Shown here: piece after piece, positions 12,821 to 26,605 of the stretch
Layout: every line of letters starts with the position of its first letter
Numbering within the stretch: the first letter of the stretch is position 1
Assembly: GCA_951804945.1 (NCBI GenBank)
Contig: OX638157.1
Span: forward strand, 34,472,001 to 34,536,000
Origin: Podarcis cretensis
Taxonomy: Eukaryota
Direction: 5' to 3'
DNA length: 64,000 nt
Translations under genes and position numbers: made by a program
The notes under the pieces: model-generated
Database searches by the model: none
What the model saw: only the letters and a program-made list of their open reading frames with translations
What the model was told of the DNA's origin: nothing

Positions 12821-14237
12821 GTTTAGAGCTTACCATACAAGAAATGGGATAGCTGATAGACTGTGACTGTGAAAACAATGCATGTCTTAAGATGTTACTT
12901 CTATTTAAATTGAATATTTCACTCCTAATTTATGTTTATTTTAGAACACACATACAGTGCTGAGGTGTCACAGAGGCACTTGTAGAGCACTGTGAAAGGA
13001 GGCTAAACATTAAGAGCATCCCATGAAAGTAACAAACTAATATCTCAACCAAAGCTTCTGTGCCATGGCATTAAGTTGAAAGAGATATGGTCCAGATTTG
13101 GACTGCAGAATGAACTAGAGATGTGTGTGCATGCAAACATGGGCTGTGCTTACTCACTACTTTGCCCTTTTGGCTAATGTTCCTGTTCGTGTTGCTTATA
13201 TATGTTGCTTGATTTAATGGTGAGGAGACTGGTCATCATCTTGCTACCAAGCCTTTATTTAAAGCTGCTAGAAGGAAACTGCAGTCTGTTTTGCAAGAAT
13301 CACTGGAGGAGTGTGATATACTCGATGCAGGAAAGGTATGCAGATAGCATAAGTAATCATGTGCATGCAGAAATGTATGTTAGAAAGTATGTGAAGAGGA
13401 AAACAAGAAAGAGGCTGCAGGAAATTCACAGCCAGGCTGATTTAAGAACATGTCATGTCAAATAATCGTATGAGAAGCATGAGCCTTAAGGCTATTCAGA
13501 TTCCTAGGTCAGCCACCTAAAGTAGCATCTCGATATGCCTGGCAAAAGGGCAAACACATCATCTGCCCACTACTAGCATGCTGCTTGTAACTAGAAACCA
13601 AGGACAGGCTTAGTTTCAGACTACCAAGATTAAGAGTGCTAGATAAATTCTGAAAAGGGACCACAGTGATTCAGATTGATATGTCTGGTCCTCCACTTTA
13701 CCTAGCATTGAGGTCAGAGCTTTCCTCCAGGCCCCAGTCTGGTGGTTCCCCAATTTATGTAAAAGCCAGGTAGCCACTGGATATAAATACTGGATATAAA
13801 TACTGGATATAAATACAGTAAAAGATAATAGCTGTGCTTGGATTCATACATGTTTTGCATGAGTTGAAAGGGATTTCTGTTCATGCAGGACAACCTCACC
13901 AAATTCTCCCAATTTCTCCATCTCACTGCTGCCCCCATATTCCATCACAAGCTATTCCAGACAGTCACGAGACCTCCAGGAGCAGCTTTTCAGAGGGCAG
14001 CAAGGACATGACTGGTAGTGTATCCTGCGTGGGTAGCAGTTGTGGCTCCTCACCTTTTGCCATCATACCTGACAGTCAGAAACAAACTTCTTTGGCCAGC
14101 TGCTGGGAATTACCCCTGGCTGGATAGGATGTGGGGTGGGACTTCCTGTCAAAAGATAAATTTGAAAGGGCCAATCAGAGCCCCCTCCATCCCTCAGAGC
14201 AAACCAGGGTGGATCACAGCATTAGTAACAATATATA

Positions 14238-14478
14238 CAGTGGTACCTCAGTTTTCATACGTCTCCATTGATGAACATTTCAGTTTTTGAATGCCATAAA
14301 TCTGAAAGGAAATGCTTCGGTTTTTGAACATGCCTCGGAAGTCAAACATGCCATGCGGCTTCTGCTGAGTGCAAGATCCTGAGGCCTAGCTGTTGGCTAC
14401 TGAGTGTTCAGATTTTGAATGTTTCAGAACTCAAACAGTCTTCCAGAATGGATCGTGTTAGAAAACCGAGGTACAGTG
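14238..14478. mobile_element. Tc1/mariner (Tigger-like) MITE
   Basis: TA-CAGTGGTACCTCAGTTTTC ... GAAAACCGAGGTACAGTG termini; related to 53050-53290. Confidence 0.8.
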
Positions 14479-17350
14479 ATATAGGGGAAATGCTTCACAC
14501 ATAAGCCTACATAAAACAAAGAGATTTTTTTGCAAAAATGTTAGACTACATACATCTGCTGGTCCAATTAGACAAGAAACAATTACCATCCTCTTAGCAC
14601 GCATTCCAGGGCTCATAAAGGCACACATAAGGATTCTTAACTGGGGATTTAGGAAGAGAAAGTGAACAATGCTAAAATCATTGCAAATGCATGAAAGGGA
14701 CAATTCAAATACCAAACCCTTGATTAGCATATTTATATGTTTTGCAGTGTTATTTAACTAAATATTCTTGTCCTTTGCTTAGATTTATTTGTGAATGCAT
14801 TTGAGATACCAGGCTTTTGTTTTCTTTAATTGAAAGGTAATGCATTAATTAACAGTTCCATTGAAGAAGAAGAAAACCTCAATCCCCCATTCTTTGATTG
14901 TTTTTCACATCTCAAAAACATGAATCACTTTATTAGCAATTTTAATTGGTTTGCTCCACAGCAAATGCAACTTTAGACACCCACTTTTTCAGTTGCAGTG
15001 ATCTTTAATATGCTTTAGGCTCATTTTGGCATTTCTCATAATGCACAGTTGCTAGCTTTGAGTTGTACTGAGCCTTTGGCTACTTTCATTCTACTCCTCC
15101 CTCCTGGAAGCACAGTTGTTTGCTACCTCCTTCCCCTATAGCCTTCCACTTCCACACAATTCCTATATTATTTATTGATCTATTGCACTGCATGTCAACC
15201 CAAAGTACTCCATTGTGCATAGAGCTGAAGAGGGATAGTGGCTTGCCTAAAGCTACCCAGCAGTTCTTTCATGGCTGAACTAAGATTTGAAGTGCAGACT
15301 TCCAGTTCAGAGCTCATCCTTATAGCCATAAGCAGTAGTCACAACTCACTATCCAGATTTTTCTACAGTGACAGTCAGTTATTAAATTGTGTTGGAACAC
15401 ACAGTTGGGTTCCTTGCCCCATTCCTTGCTACAAGGATTTGGATTCCAACCTTAAGTTCAGTTTGTCCCACATCTACATGAATTTATGAGGTGGTTGTGT
15501 GGTTGTTGTTTTTTTTTAAAAAAAAGCCTACAAAAGAAAAGTAATGCCACTCTTTCCAATATATGTAATTTTATACACAATTTTGCATGCAATTTTATCG
15601 GTGTAATGTAGTTTTATAAATTATCTTCACTAATATGTGCATCCTTGTGTGTACATTTTGGCTGGAAAACTACAGTGCAAAATGTAAAGAAGTGTAAAAA
15701 TTGAAAGGAAGTTGGTTTGCAAACCATGAGTGGGATTTTTTTTTTTTTTTTTTTTTGGCCTCTGATGACCACATGTGATGGTGGGTGGTGACTGAAGGAA
15801 ACATGCATGTGGCAGACAAGGCTGTCAGTGGCCAGAAGTAGAGCATGTGCTCTTCCCCTCTCTCACACAGTTTTCCCCTCCACACAAAGGCAGACCCAGT
15901 ATCCCAACAAATACCCTCACATTCATCCTAGCAGGCCGGCTGATAAGCATTAGGAATAACTGGGTGACTCAGCCTCCCTGCTTCCCTGCTACTTTTAGGG
16001 CTAATCAGCTGGAGAGAGGGTGATGTTCCTGTGTGCTGCATGGAAATAGGCATGGATCATATGTGGTCTGCAGGTAGCCCAGATGGGACTTATAATACCA
16101 TTGCCATACATACCATCATTGGTTAATAGCTGGGTATTTAACTCTATGTTATTATGAGTGTTATTTTCCTTCTATAGAGTGTCACTCTCTTTTCAGTGAT
16201 CTGACTTCTGTTGTTCCATCTTTGAGAACTATACCTACATTATATACTGTATATATAATCTCAGAGGATGCCATACCTAACCATTGGGCACACTTCATAG
16301 CAACCATGCAAAATTATTTAAACAAAATCGAGAATTTAAAACATTTCAAGTGGACGGGGGAGGGTCCATTCATTCTGTTTTTCTGAGATACAGTGGATGT
16401 AAACGTAATTTCAGCTAGATGTAGTTTACAACTAAGAATTACAAATATGTAATTCTCTAGGTCACTGCCAAATATTGAAATAAAAATTGATACCCAATAC
16501 AACAAATTGGCATGTTAGATCATGAACACAGGAAGACACAGAATAGTGAGAAAAGGAAGCAAACTCTAGCTACTGAGACTGAAAGGATTCCTCTCTCCTT
16601 CAGTTCCTTTATTATGATATGGATTTGCTATCCTCTGCACCCCCCTAATTATGGTTTTAAGTAGCATGATTTCTATAATTACCTTCTGCCACTAGGTCCT
16701 AGAAAAGGGCTGCCTCACTCCTCTACCTATTCTGCAGGTGGCTGCCTGAACATAGTACCAGCTAGTGGCCTTTTGGGAAATGCTTCATTCTACTTATTCC
16801 TGCAATCATATCTTTTTCATTTTGCATGTTTTATCCAAGTGTCCACACAACTTACCCAGAAATATCCATCCTCTCTAAAAATGGAAGCTGATTTTCTGCT
16901 TCTTTCTTTGGATGGTGGGAGAAACCTCTGTGGTTGGTGCTTACCTTACGAGGTCATGCCAGGAAGTGTGGCTCATGGGAATCAGTGGAGAGAGGTTGGA
17001 AGTGCTTCCCAGCTGCCATATTTCTTGGAAGGCTTTGGAGGCAACATAACGCAACATGGTGTAAGTAAGTGTCATTCCCATGCATTCCAAGAAGTGTGGG
17101 AAGTGGGAAGCTGCAAAAAGAGTCATGTAGCACTCTAAGTGGTGTGGGTTTAAAAGGAGGGGAAAGCAAGAAACAAATGAAAAAAGTTGCACATTCTTAA
17201 GGTTCCAGCAAGCTATAGTTTGGCTCATCTTGACACATGAAGCTGAATATGATTTTTATGCTTTGACACACTTTTAATCAAACAGCATATCTCTTATGCA
17301 ATCAGTTGAAAAAGAATGTCACTAGCATCAGTGTTTGTTTGGGGTTTTTT

Positions 17351-17358
17351 TGTGTGTG

Positions 17359-17444
<86 letters not shown>
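17351..17444. repeat. Compound microsatellite (TG)n(TC)n(TG)n(AG)n
   Basis: Directly visible. Confidence 0.95.
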
Positions 17445-17557
17445 TCAAAATTTCCTGAATTAGTATCATTGATTATAATTTAAGCCAGGGATACACTAAA
17501 TAGTTTATGAAGCACATCCCAAGAATTTCAGAGGTGAATTCTGTCAAAACCTGTGGG

Positions 17558-17588
<31 letters not shown>

Positions 17589-19420
17589 CAACAACAGTTT
17601 TTGTTGTTGCCTTTGTGTCATTCAATGCTTGAATGTCTCCAAGGCCAGCCATAAAGCTTCAGTGACTCACTAAAGGCTTTGGAGCATCAGCATTTTATTT
17701 TTCTTCCATTCCCAGGGAGCTTAATGTTGAAGAAACTGCTACAGTTGCTTCACCTCCCTATCTGCCCTCTGTCTGCAGAGACACACATTGAATGGATTCT
17801 AGAGAACCAGCAGTGTTTGTTTTCAAACCATAATAAACCAGTACAAAAGGGCCATGTGAGTGTTCTTTCTCTATCAGAAAACGAAGTCTGAGGATGAAGG
17901 CAGAGAATATGAAATGCTTTTAGACGTTTACAGATAATGGATTTGAATTTGTTATTGCTCTCAGTTTAAGTGATACATACTGTATATATGACTCGACCTG
18001 CTGGATTTAAACACAGCCCTGAATGCCGATAGTTCTTTCCTGCTCAGGATTGTCTGTATTGTTGCATGGAAGATCCAAATCAGTGTTATCCTCTCTTCTC
18101 AATCTGCTTCACTGTTACTTCCATCTCCATTGTTGCAAGACACCACCATCACTTCTCGCTCATTGCCATTCCATATGCATCAATGTGTAATTGGAAATAG
18201 TGTAGTTGTGCTATAAAAGCTGGCTTATGCATGACTGGTCCTATATGCATGCAAGCCTATATACATCATTAGCAGTGAATGCTGCCACATGAGATGGCAG
18301 CAAGGGGTAAATGGGTGACAGATACAGTGACCATCCTGATGGAGACAGACAAATGGCAACAGTTACAACACTGGAAAGTATACTGAGATATTCCTGATTG
18401 GTTGAGACACAGCCTATACTAGACATTGAATAAATTAAAGATATTAGAAACTTGCAGAAAAATATATTTCTGGTTAATCAAAGGTGACATTTCCCTTGAG
18501 TGTTTAGTGTGCCACAGACATCCCATGACATCACAGTGATAATGGAACAGGGAGAACTCAGGCGAAAGAGAGAATGCCAGCATTTTCCTGTGTCCAGCCT
18601 CCAAAGTTTGGGGTCATCCACCAAATCCCATATTTTACTCTTTTTGTTCAGCATCTGGGAGCCCACCTAGTTTATAGGGTAGATTTCACTGGTTGCTGGG
18701 TTTGGAACCACACTGAGGGAGGGATTAAATGCTGTGCTCTTCAGAATGTTCCATCAGTGCAAACATTTCTGCTTACCATATGGAATGATCCCTCTCTCCC
18801 CATTCTGTTCTGGGGATTCTCCTGACTCTCCAGAACAGATTTGGAGAAGGCATGGAGGAAGAAAGGGAGGAAACGCACCTTTGTATGAGCAGAAGCCCTT
18901 CCACTGGCAGGCTATTTGAATCCAGGCCTGGATTGTTTTGTGTTTGTTTTTTGTCATCTTGGCCTGCATTGCTATGTGGATAAACATATCCCCATCAAAA
19001 ATAAGTTAGGTTGCCAAGTTATTAATCCAACAATTTACAAGCTCAGACAGGTGTCATGTTATTTCTCGATAGAAAAGAATTATTATAGTGTTGTTTTCAT
19101 GTGTGCCAAGCAAACCCCATTTCTGAAAATGGCATGCACAACTTGATGTCCCCAACAACCCCTCCAGCATATCATAATGCCCAGGATCACAACACACCTC
19201 CACCTGGATTTTGACTGACTCACCTAAACAAATACATGAGGCTCAAGGGTGAGGTGGACAGGCCATCCTCAACACCTAAATGTAAATAGCACAAGACCCA
19301 GAGAAGCTCACTAAGGGGGGAAATGAGGTAGAATGGTGAACATGCTTCTGTCTAGCTTATTTTGACAGGTCACTCACATGGAGGTGGGAGAGCAATTTAT
19401 GTTAGGCTGTTTCCTATTGC

Positions 19421-19750
19421 ATAGGACCACAGGATGCTGCCTTATACTGAGCCAGGCCATTCGTCCCTAGAGCTCAGTATTATCTATGCAGACTGGCAGT
19501 GACTCGCTGAGATTTCAGACAAGTCTTTCCTAGCCTTGACTAGAGATTTATGGAACTGAATTCGAGATCTTTTGCAGATACCCTTCCACTGAACCATGGC
19601 TGAAACCCAAACCAGTTTCAGATAATACAAGAAACATATGGAGTTGGCTTATATGGAGTCGTAGATCCATCTTGCTTAATATTGCCAGTAGTTGAATCCT
19701 GGAGCTTTTGCATGCTAAGTAGATGCTTTACCATTGAGTTACAGCCCTTA
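19421..19750 (-). mobile_element. Two decayed tRNA-derived squamate SINE copies (Squam2-like)
   Basis: Reverse complement matches the + copy at 63577-63745 (ctgccagtc...gtagatgatactga...agtataaggaag); second, more deleted copy at ~19630-19750. Confidence 0.6.
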
Positions 19751-22700
19751 TAGATCCCTTACAGTGAAATAAAGCTGTTGACTAATTCAAATACAAAGTA
19801 AGTGTTGTGTCCCTTAATGGTGGGTGAATAGGTACAAAGCACCAGCTAACTTCCAACCACTTTCATAGCTAAGAATTTTGCTGCCCAGTGGTTACTATAG
19901 AAATATAGTCCTTCCTCAAACTGGTCATTTGAAAACTAATAAACAGGTGTCATTTCTTGCTGCTCTTTCACAATTCTTGATGACACTTGTTTGCAAGGGG
20001 TGGTGTGCAAAGGATTTCTATACTACTTGCACAAAGGTAGCAATGATAAATTGAAACCATTTCTTTCAAGAGTCCAAATATGAAGGGTTTCTTTTCTATT
20101 AGGAAAAGAAATGATTAAAAAGTGCTTTAGCTTGATATACCTTTTCAAACAATTGCTCCCCAAACACTGTGCTAGGAAAACAGATCACAGACACTTGAAG
20201 GCATAGTGGAAAAATATTTTGAATTTAAACATATGTACTTTTCATGATGCCGAAGAAAAGAACATATGTTTCCCACTCCACAAAGGCATTTACTGTGCTC
20301 ATTTTCTTTTTTAGAAGCTGTTTCTTTGACAAAATACTCTGCAACTTCAAGGACATCATTTTCTCTTTCAGGGCAAATGATGGACTTTACTCAGTTCCTA
20401 TATACCGATGCACACAGCTGCTACTTTCATGGTTTCTGATCACTATGCAATATCCTGCATCTGGAAATCACAAGGGAAAACATGATAGGAGGGAGTGTCT
20501 CCTTCTCCCTCCCTACTGAGACTGTGGGTTCCTCTCCATTCCCAGGACTGCCTGTCTGCTCAACAGGTACGGAGAAAACAAGATGAACCTGATTTGTTCG
20601 TGATGCTCTTTGGCTAATCACATGCATCTTGAAGTATTGTCTTCTCCATTTAACAGCTGTTGAGTGGAGGGGGTGATTCTGGGGTGGTGCTGAAGCTCTC
20701 TCAGTTAGCTTTCCTTGAAGTATCAGCCCCTCTGCTGTTGAGCGTTGGGGGTGATCCTTGGTGAGCAAGGCTTCAAATGGTAGGAAGGTTTTCCCATGTT
20801 GCCAGCCTCATGTTACTGTCTGATGTTATGCCCTTTGACAGCCACAGATCACTTTGGGCCTTTCAACCCAATCTGCAGTGCCCTGTGGCTGTTTGAACTT
20901 GACTTGTTCAGTCCCTCCAAATAGGCCCAATTTGGTTCAGGCCTCAGCCAAATTTGGCACACAGCCCTAGTAAAGTTTCTGGAGCTGCTCATTTCTCCCC
21001 CCTCTAATACAAATAGGCTCCATATCTGGGATCCAAAACACACTATTATGATGGCCCATTTTCCTTCTCTCTCCTCCCTTCCCCAATTAAGATTATGGAA
21101 ATGAATAACTCACTCTCTTCCTCCCCCTTATTTGTAATTAACAAATGCATCTTAACAGATTTTTTTTGGAAAAAAGAGTCCGATCAACATTATAGCACAT
21201 CCAAATTATGCACCATAGACAATCAGAGATAATTAACTGACCTTATGCTGGCACATGAAGTATATCTAATCTAACCTCCTGAATATTGTTTCATGTGCTT
21301 ACCTGCAACTCAAAGAGAATCGTGAATGGAATACTAAGTTAGATTTAAAAGACGGAGGTTAAACACCTTTTTACTCCTCTTTAGCCTTCTTGAGATGCTC
21401 TCTGTTATTGTTCTTCCACCAGTTTATGGATACTTTCCCAATTAGTCAGACATAAGTATGCAGGATTCGCTCAGGTTCAGGAAGTCTCCTGAAATTCCCA
21501 TTTGCTGTGGTCTATAACCTAGCCAAGCTCATCTTTAACATATGGTACTTTCCTCAGTTGGCTACTCTGGCATTCAGTTGTCTTGCAAAGAAGGATGAAG
21601 GTTTGAGTGCATATCAATAATCCGGACACATGAAACAAGATTCTCCAGCACTACACCTCTTTTGAGGTATCAGACAGCTGCTTATGCCTCCCACTTAAAA
21701 GTAGCATACAGTTGCAGGCAGGCAAACACATTACAAAGCAGAATGTTTCTTCATACTTGGATTTTTAAAACAGGTTTTGGAAAACATGGCTAATGTATTT
21801 TTTCATTATCATCTGAATAATGAGTGGAATGGAAGATCTAAATTATCACAAAATTAATATTTGCATATATTTTTGGCTTGATTAAAAACAAATTAAAATT
21901 CTACCATTTTCAAGGAATGAGACTTTTCATGAAGTTTTCTCCCAGTGGTTAGAAACTGAGAAAATTTGGAAACAGTTAATGATCCTTTGCACTTTGGGTT
22001 TTTTTTAAAAAAAATAATGCCTCACAGCAGGAGCCAAACATAGCTTGTGATTGTTGATACAGTCTTAATATCAGTCACACCAAGAGATTACCCCACCATA
22101 GTAAAATATCTCATATATATATTGCAGTTCGGTTTTAATACCAGATATCCACATGTATTTCCAGATTGCTACTCCCATAGCTTTCTGTGACTCACTCTGT
22201 ACACTGTCCTTCAGTATGTGGAAGTACACAGAGGTGTCATTTAGGCAGGGGAAAACAATGTGCTCACCTTAGTCCCATGTTTGAGACCACACAAAATTTG
22301 GGCATGCTGTATCTCTGGCCAGTTCATTCATTCTATAACTATTGTCATACAAATTGAATGAGCCTATGAATAAAGCACAAATCCCTTTACTACTTAATAA
22401 ATAGGGATCAATTGTCTTACATTAATCATAAAAGAACTGCTCAGGAGAACCTCTTCAACGAATAGAGTCTGCACCCCCCACTCCTGCCCACCATCTGTGA
22501 CCCATTATTTCTGCCCCAAATGTCCACATGTAGAGAGGAATGTCAACCAGCACAACCAGCTATGTTTAAGTGAATGGGGATGCATCATTCAGATATTATT
22601 TGATTATTTGCTAGCTAAGACCCTGATGGCACCATCCTACACATAGCTACTCAAAAGTCCTCCTGAGTACCTCTAGAAAAAGAGATGCCAGAACTCACCA

Positions 22701-23229
22701 TTAAGGTCCCCCTTATTCTTTTATCTTGGCAATGGTGCCCACCTGAGAGGTGCTGGAAAGCAGTTCCGGCAAGTTCTGGACTGGAAAAAAGCCCTGCTGA
22801 GTAAAATGGGTCTTATCCCCAAGGTAGTAGACAGAGAGTTGGAACTATTCCAGGATCAGGATGTCCATGCTATCAGTACCTAACTGCATACAGCAGAATT
22901 TTCAAAATTTCAATGCTGAAATAAAATTACCGTAGCTTAAGAATGATTCATTTCAGATATGTACTCAGTGACCAGTGATGATTCTGCTACTGCTGGAAGG
23001 CCATATGGCATTTTAACTTGTAAGAAACGGAAAATGAAAGAAAGTGCAGTGCTGTGCTTTCAAAAATGCAGCAAGAATTTATTCCATAAACAAATTGTGC
23101 TATAACATCCCAGGTTATTTTATTTTATTTGGGTTGTTTATTTGTATGTTCTATTTCCCTATCAACTAGTGACATTTATTGTCTGTATTTGAAATCAGTT
23201 CTTTTAAAGTATTTCATTCCTCTCTTCCT

Positions 23230-23685
23230 TTATTTATTTATTTATTTATTTATAGTATTATTAGATTTCTTTATATCCCACTTTTTCCCTAATGGGACTC
23301 AAGATGGCTTACAGATAACAACATGAAGCACTAAAAAGATAGAAAAATTGATTGTTAAAATACTATTAAACATTTATAGAATTAAAACTATATACATATA
23401 TAAAATCTGTTTAAAACATGCAAATAATTGCAATAAAAACAGCAGCACGGCACCAGCCTTTTAATTAAAAGCAGTCAATTCCCAAAGCCTGTTGGAACAA
23501 GGAAGTCTTTACTTGCTGATGGAAGGACAGTAATGAGGGAGTTGCAAAGTCTGGCAGCAGACACCAAGAAGGCCCTCTATCATGTCCCCACCGTGTGTGC
23601 CTGTGGGGGTGACAGGGATGAGAGAAGGGCATCCTCCTAATATCCCTAAACCCTGGTAGGTTCATATGAGAGAATATGGTCTTGA
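23230..23685 (-). mobile_element. L2 LINE 3' fragment
   Basis: Minus strand reads the L2 C-terminal motif (..SLLSFHQQVKTSLFQQA..) followed by a 3' UTR and a (TAAA)n tail. Confidence 0.7.
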
Positions 23686-24610
23686 TCTCCCACCATTACA
23701 TTTTGTGACATTTGCAATAAATGATTTACAAGAACTGATATGATATTCTGCCCGACATCTCTCCTGCATCTTCTAACTCCTTTTCTGTCCTCTTCTTTCA
23801 TTGTAAATTTCTTCTTCTGTCAAAAGTGGATTCTAGAAACGTGCTGTTTTACAATTTATTGTTCACTCATTCTAAATAATCAGGCATCCATTCAAGAAGA
23901 AGAAATACAAGCTCAGATTTTATAAGGGGGGGAAACGCTACATGTGATATAGATTTACATAATGAACAGGTGTGTTTGGGTATGTGTCTATTTACAGATC
24001 TCCTCGACTTCTATTTTTACCTTAAATTATTTTTGCAGGAAGAGATGCAAGACTAAAAACCTTCATAGCTGCTTTGATCGATTTATCATGTTCCATTAAT
24101 GTTCTGTGCCACTGATCTTCAAATTTCTTGGGTTGGATGACATCCTATATATTCAATATTTCTTAATTTGTAGTTTCTTTATTTTTCTTATTACCTTTTA
24201 CTTAACAAAAGTGCTTACCTCAGCTCATTTAAATCTTTTTGAATGGAAATGAGGGGAAAGTTACTTTTATAATTATGCCCCTTGGTCTTTAGGTAGACAA
24301 GTAAAATGATTTCTAGATTACTTTAATGAGCACAATTAAATGTAATTGAAGGGAATAGATGAGAAAATCTGAGACATCAGTTGTGTACGCTTCATGAGTT
24401 TTAAATATCTTTGAATGGACAAAAGATAATAACCACTGTGTGTCTTTCAGGGGAGCCTTTTCAAGTAAGTATAGTTATGAATGCATTATTAGTGACTATT
24501 TTTATAAATTCCATGAAGCAGTTTCCAATGTGGAATGCACAACTTCTGCTGTTAATTTATAATAATCTGTACTAATGCAATACAATGTGAAATGATTGCT
24601 GCCTTTTGTA

Positions 24611-24670
24611 AAGAAAAGAAAAGAAAAGAAAAGAAAAGAAAAGAAAAGAAAAGAAAAGAAAAGAAAAGAA
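24611..24670. repeat. (AAAAG)n pentanucleotide microsatellite
   Basis: About 12 perfect units. Confidence 0.95.
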
Positions 24671-25329
24671 TAGCAGGTATATACATTGTAAATCTAACCA
24701 TGGAGAATTTTGCAGCATTGCAAAAAATCGCTGTTAATGGTGTCACCATTTTTATTAGGGGGAAATTGTCCTTGCTTTTCTGTTGCTTACACATCACACA
24801 AGACAGGTTACATTAATTAAAATTAGAATGTCACTATTAAACTATAGCACCAATAGAAATATAATAGTGGCAGGCAGGACAAATTTAAAAAACAATCTTC
24901 CGCTTAAAACATTATCTACCTGGCAAGGCAAAAGCCTAGCAGATTATAAACGTCTCCATCACCTTTTGGAAAACAGCAAGACAAAAGGTCCAGCTGAACC
25001 TCATGGGTCTTGGTGATATCCTGTCACTCCCAAGGAGAACTGACTTTTCCCATAAATTAGGGCACATATCCCTGCTCTCCCTGCTCATGTGTAGGTTTGT
25101 CATGTGAGCAGAACACCCTCATATGGCTTGTGGATTATGGTATTTATCCTCCCCCCAAAGGTCATCTCTCTACAGTATGCCATCAAAATTTGCCCTTTGA
25201 ACCTTTGCCCTAGCAGAAGTGGTTCATAGGAAGAAGACTCAGACAGACTGGGGAAGTAGACTATCTTGAAAAATATCAGTAGAAACAGTGCCAAGAAGGG
25301 GTTCTGCCTGATACCTTGGGGAATAGCTC

Positions 25330-25450
25330 ATAGGCAGAGGTTGGATGGTCATATGTCATGGATGCTTTAGTTGAGATTCCTGCACTGCAGTGGGTTGGAT
25401 TAGATGGCCCTCAGAGTGCATTCCATCTCTACAATTCTATAATTATATGA
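25330..25450 (+). mobile_element. CR1 LINE 3' end
   Basis: gggttggattagatggccc...ttccatctctacaattctataattatatga; degenerate (ATTCTATG)n tail. Confidence 0.7.
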
Positions 25451-25973
25451 CCCTTTTACTTATCTGTGTCAGCTCAGCACCCTGAAGAGGCTTAGTGCCT
25501 TAGCCTCAAAAGATTTACAAGAGCATATGGGAAGTACCCCAGTTAAGTAACTGGCACTCTAATAAATTGTAACAGCCATCACCTGTGTTGCTGTGTGCAT
25601 GTGTGTGTCTATACGTGTTAGTCCAATGGAAGGCACAACTGCAGGACATATAAAATGGCCTCTGTACCAGATCTTAGGCGACAGGCAGACTAATAATGGG
25701 AGGAGGTTGCCCTTTAAGTATCTAGGATCCAGACCATTTACAGCCTGAATCACCAGCAATTTGAACTACACCTGGAAACAAACTGCTAACCAGGCAATGT
25801 TCACACGGGCAAGTAATGTAGATCCATAGATTTACCTGAGGGTTTTTTCCCCTCAGCGCTAGTATGAAATAATGGGGAGCATATTTAGATTCTATAGGTC
25901 AAATTCACATTTGACCTATAGAATCTATGGACATTTATGGAACCTATGGACAGTTATACATTACAAAGTTGAG

Positions 25974-26421
25974 TGTAAGGTGCTGTTGCGGTTGCTCGAG
26001 AGTAACCAGGCAGGACTCCAACCTGTCTTTTACAGGCTTTAATTTGGTGCAAACGATTTACAGTGAAGAGCATCATAAGTTCATGTCTGGCTCAATCACT
26101 AGCAGAATCCGGAACTGGTCTGTTTTTGTACCTCTCCCAACGTAAAAATTTCATCACCCCAGCCTTTTCCACCCCTCCCTGCACCTCAAACTACTGCGCA
26201 GGATGGGCGATGGCAAAGGCGTGCCTCCCTCCTCTCCGGCTTGCTCAGGCGCGGTGTTAAGGCTCTTACTAGCATCCTCTGGTCCTTGCACCTTTTCCCC
26301 ACTGGAGGTGGGGCTTCCCTCCTCACCGGAAGAGGAACTGCTTCCCAAGATTTTCAGAGGCTCCCTGTAACACACCTGCCCCTCTATCTCTCGCCTCTGA
26401 GCCGATGGCAGTTCCCTGACA
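25974..26421 (-). mobile_element. Solo LTR (Gypsy-like), 448 bp
   Basis: TGTAAGG...CCCTGACA termini with perfect 5-bp TSD TTGAG (25969-25973, 26422-26426); polyA-like ATTAAA on the minus strand near 26038. Confidence 0.85.
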
Positions 26422-26574
26422 TTGAGCAACACTAGCTGTTTCTACCACTTCTGTGTCTCCAGTCTTAAAGACACATAAGGAAGACTAATGTCTGAAGAAG
26501 GCCATACACAATCTCTGAGATCTTAAAATACGAGGAATTTTTCTAAGGAATAGCTACACACTGGCATAGGCCCA

Positions 26575-26605
<31 letters not shown>

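Noticed and set aside
12199-12878. Overlapping 147-150 aa ORFs and CpG-island-like composition
   Set aside because: Lies in a GC-rich hAT-Charlie-like element with a visible TIR; the ORFs have no recognisable domains and there is no support for a gene promoter.
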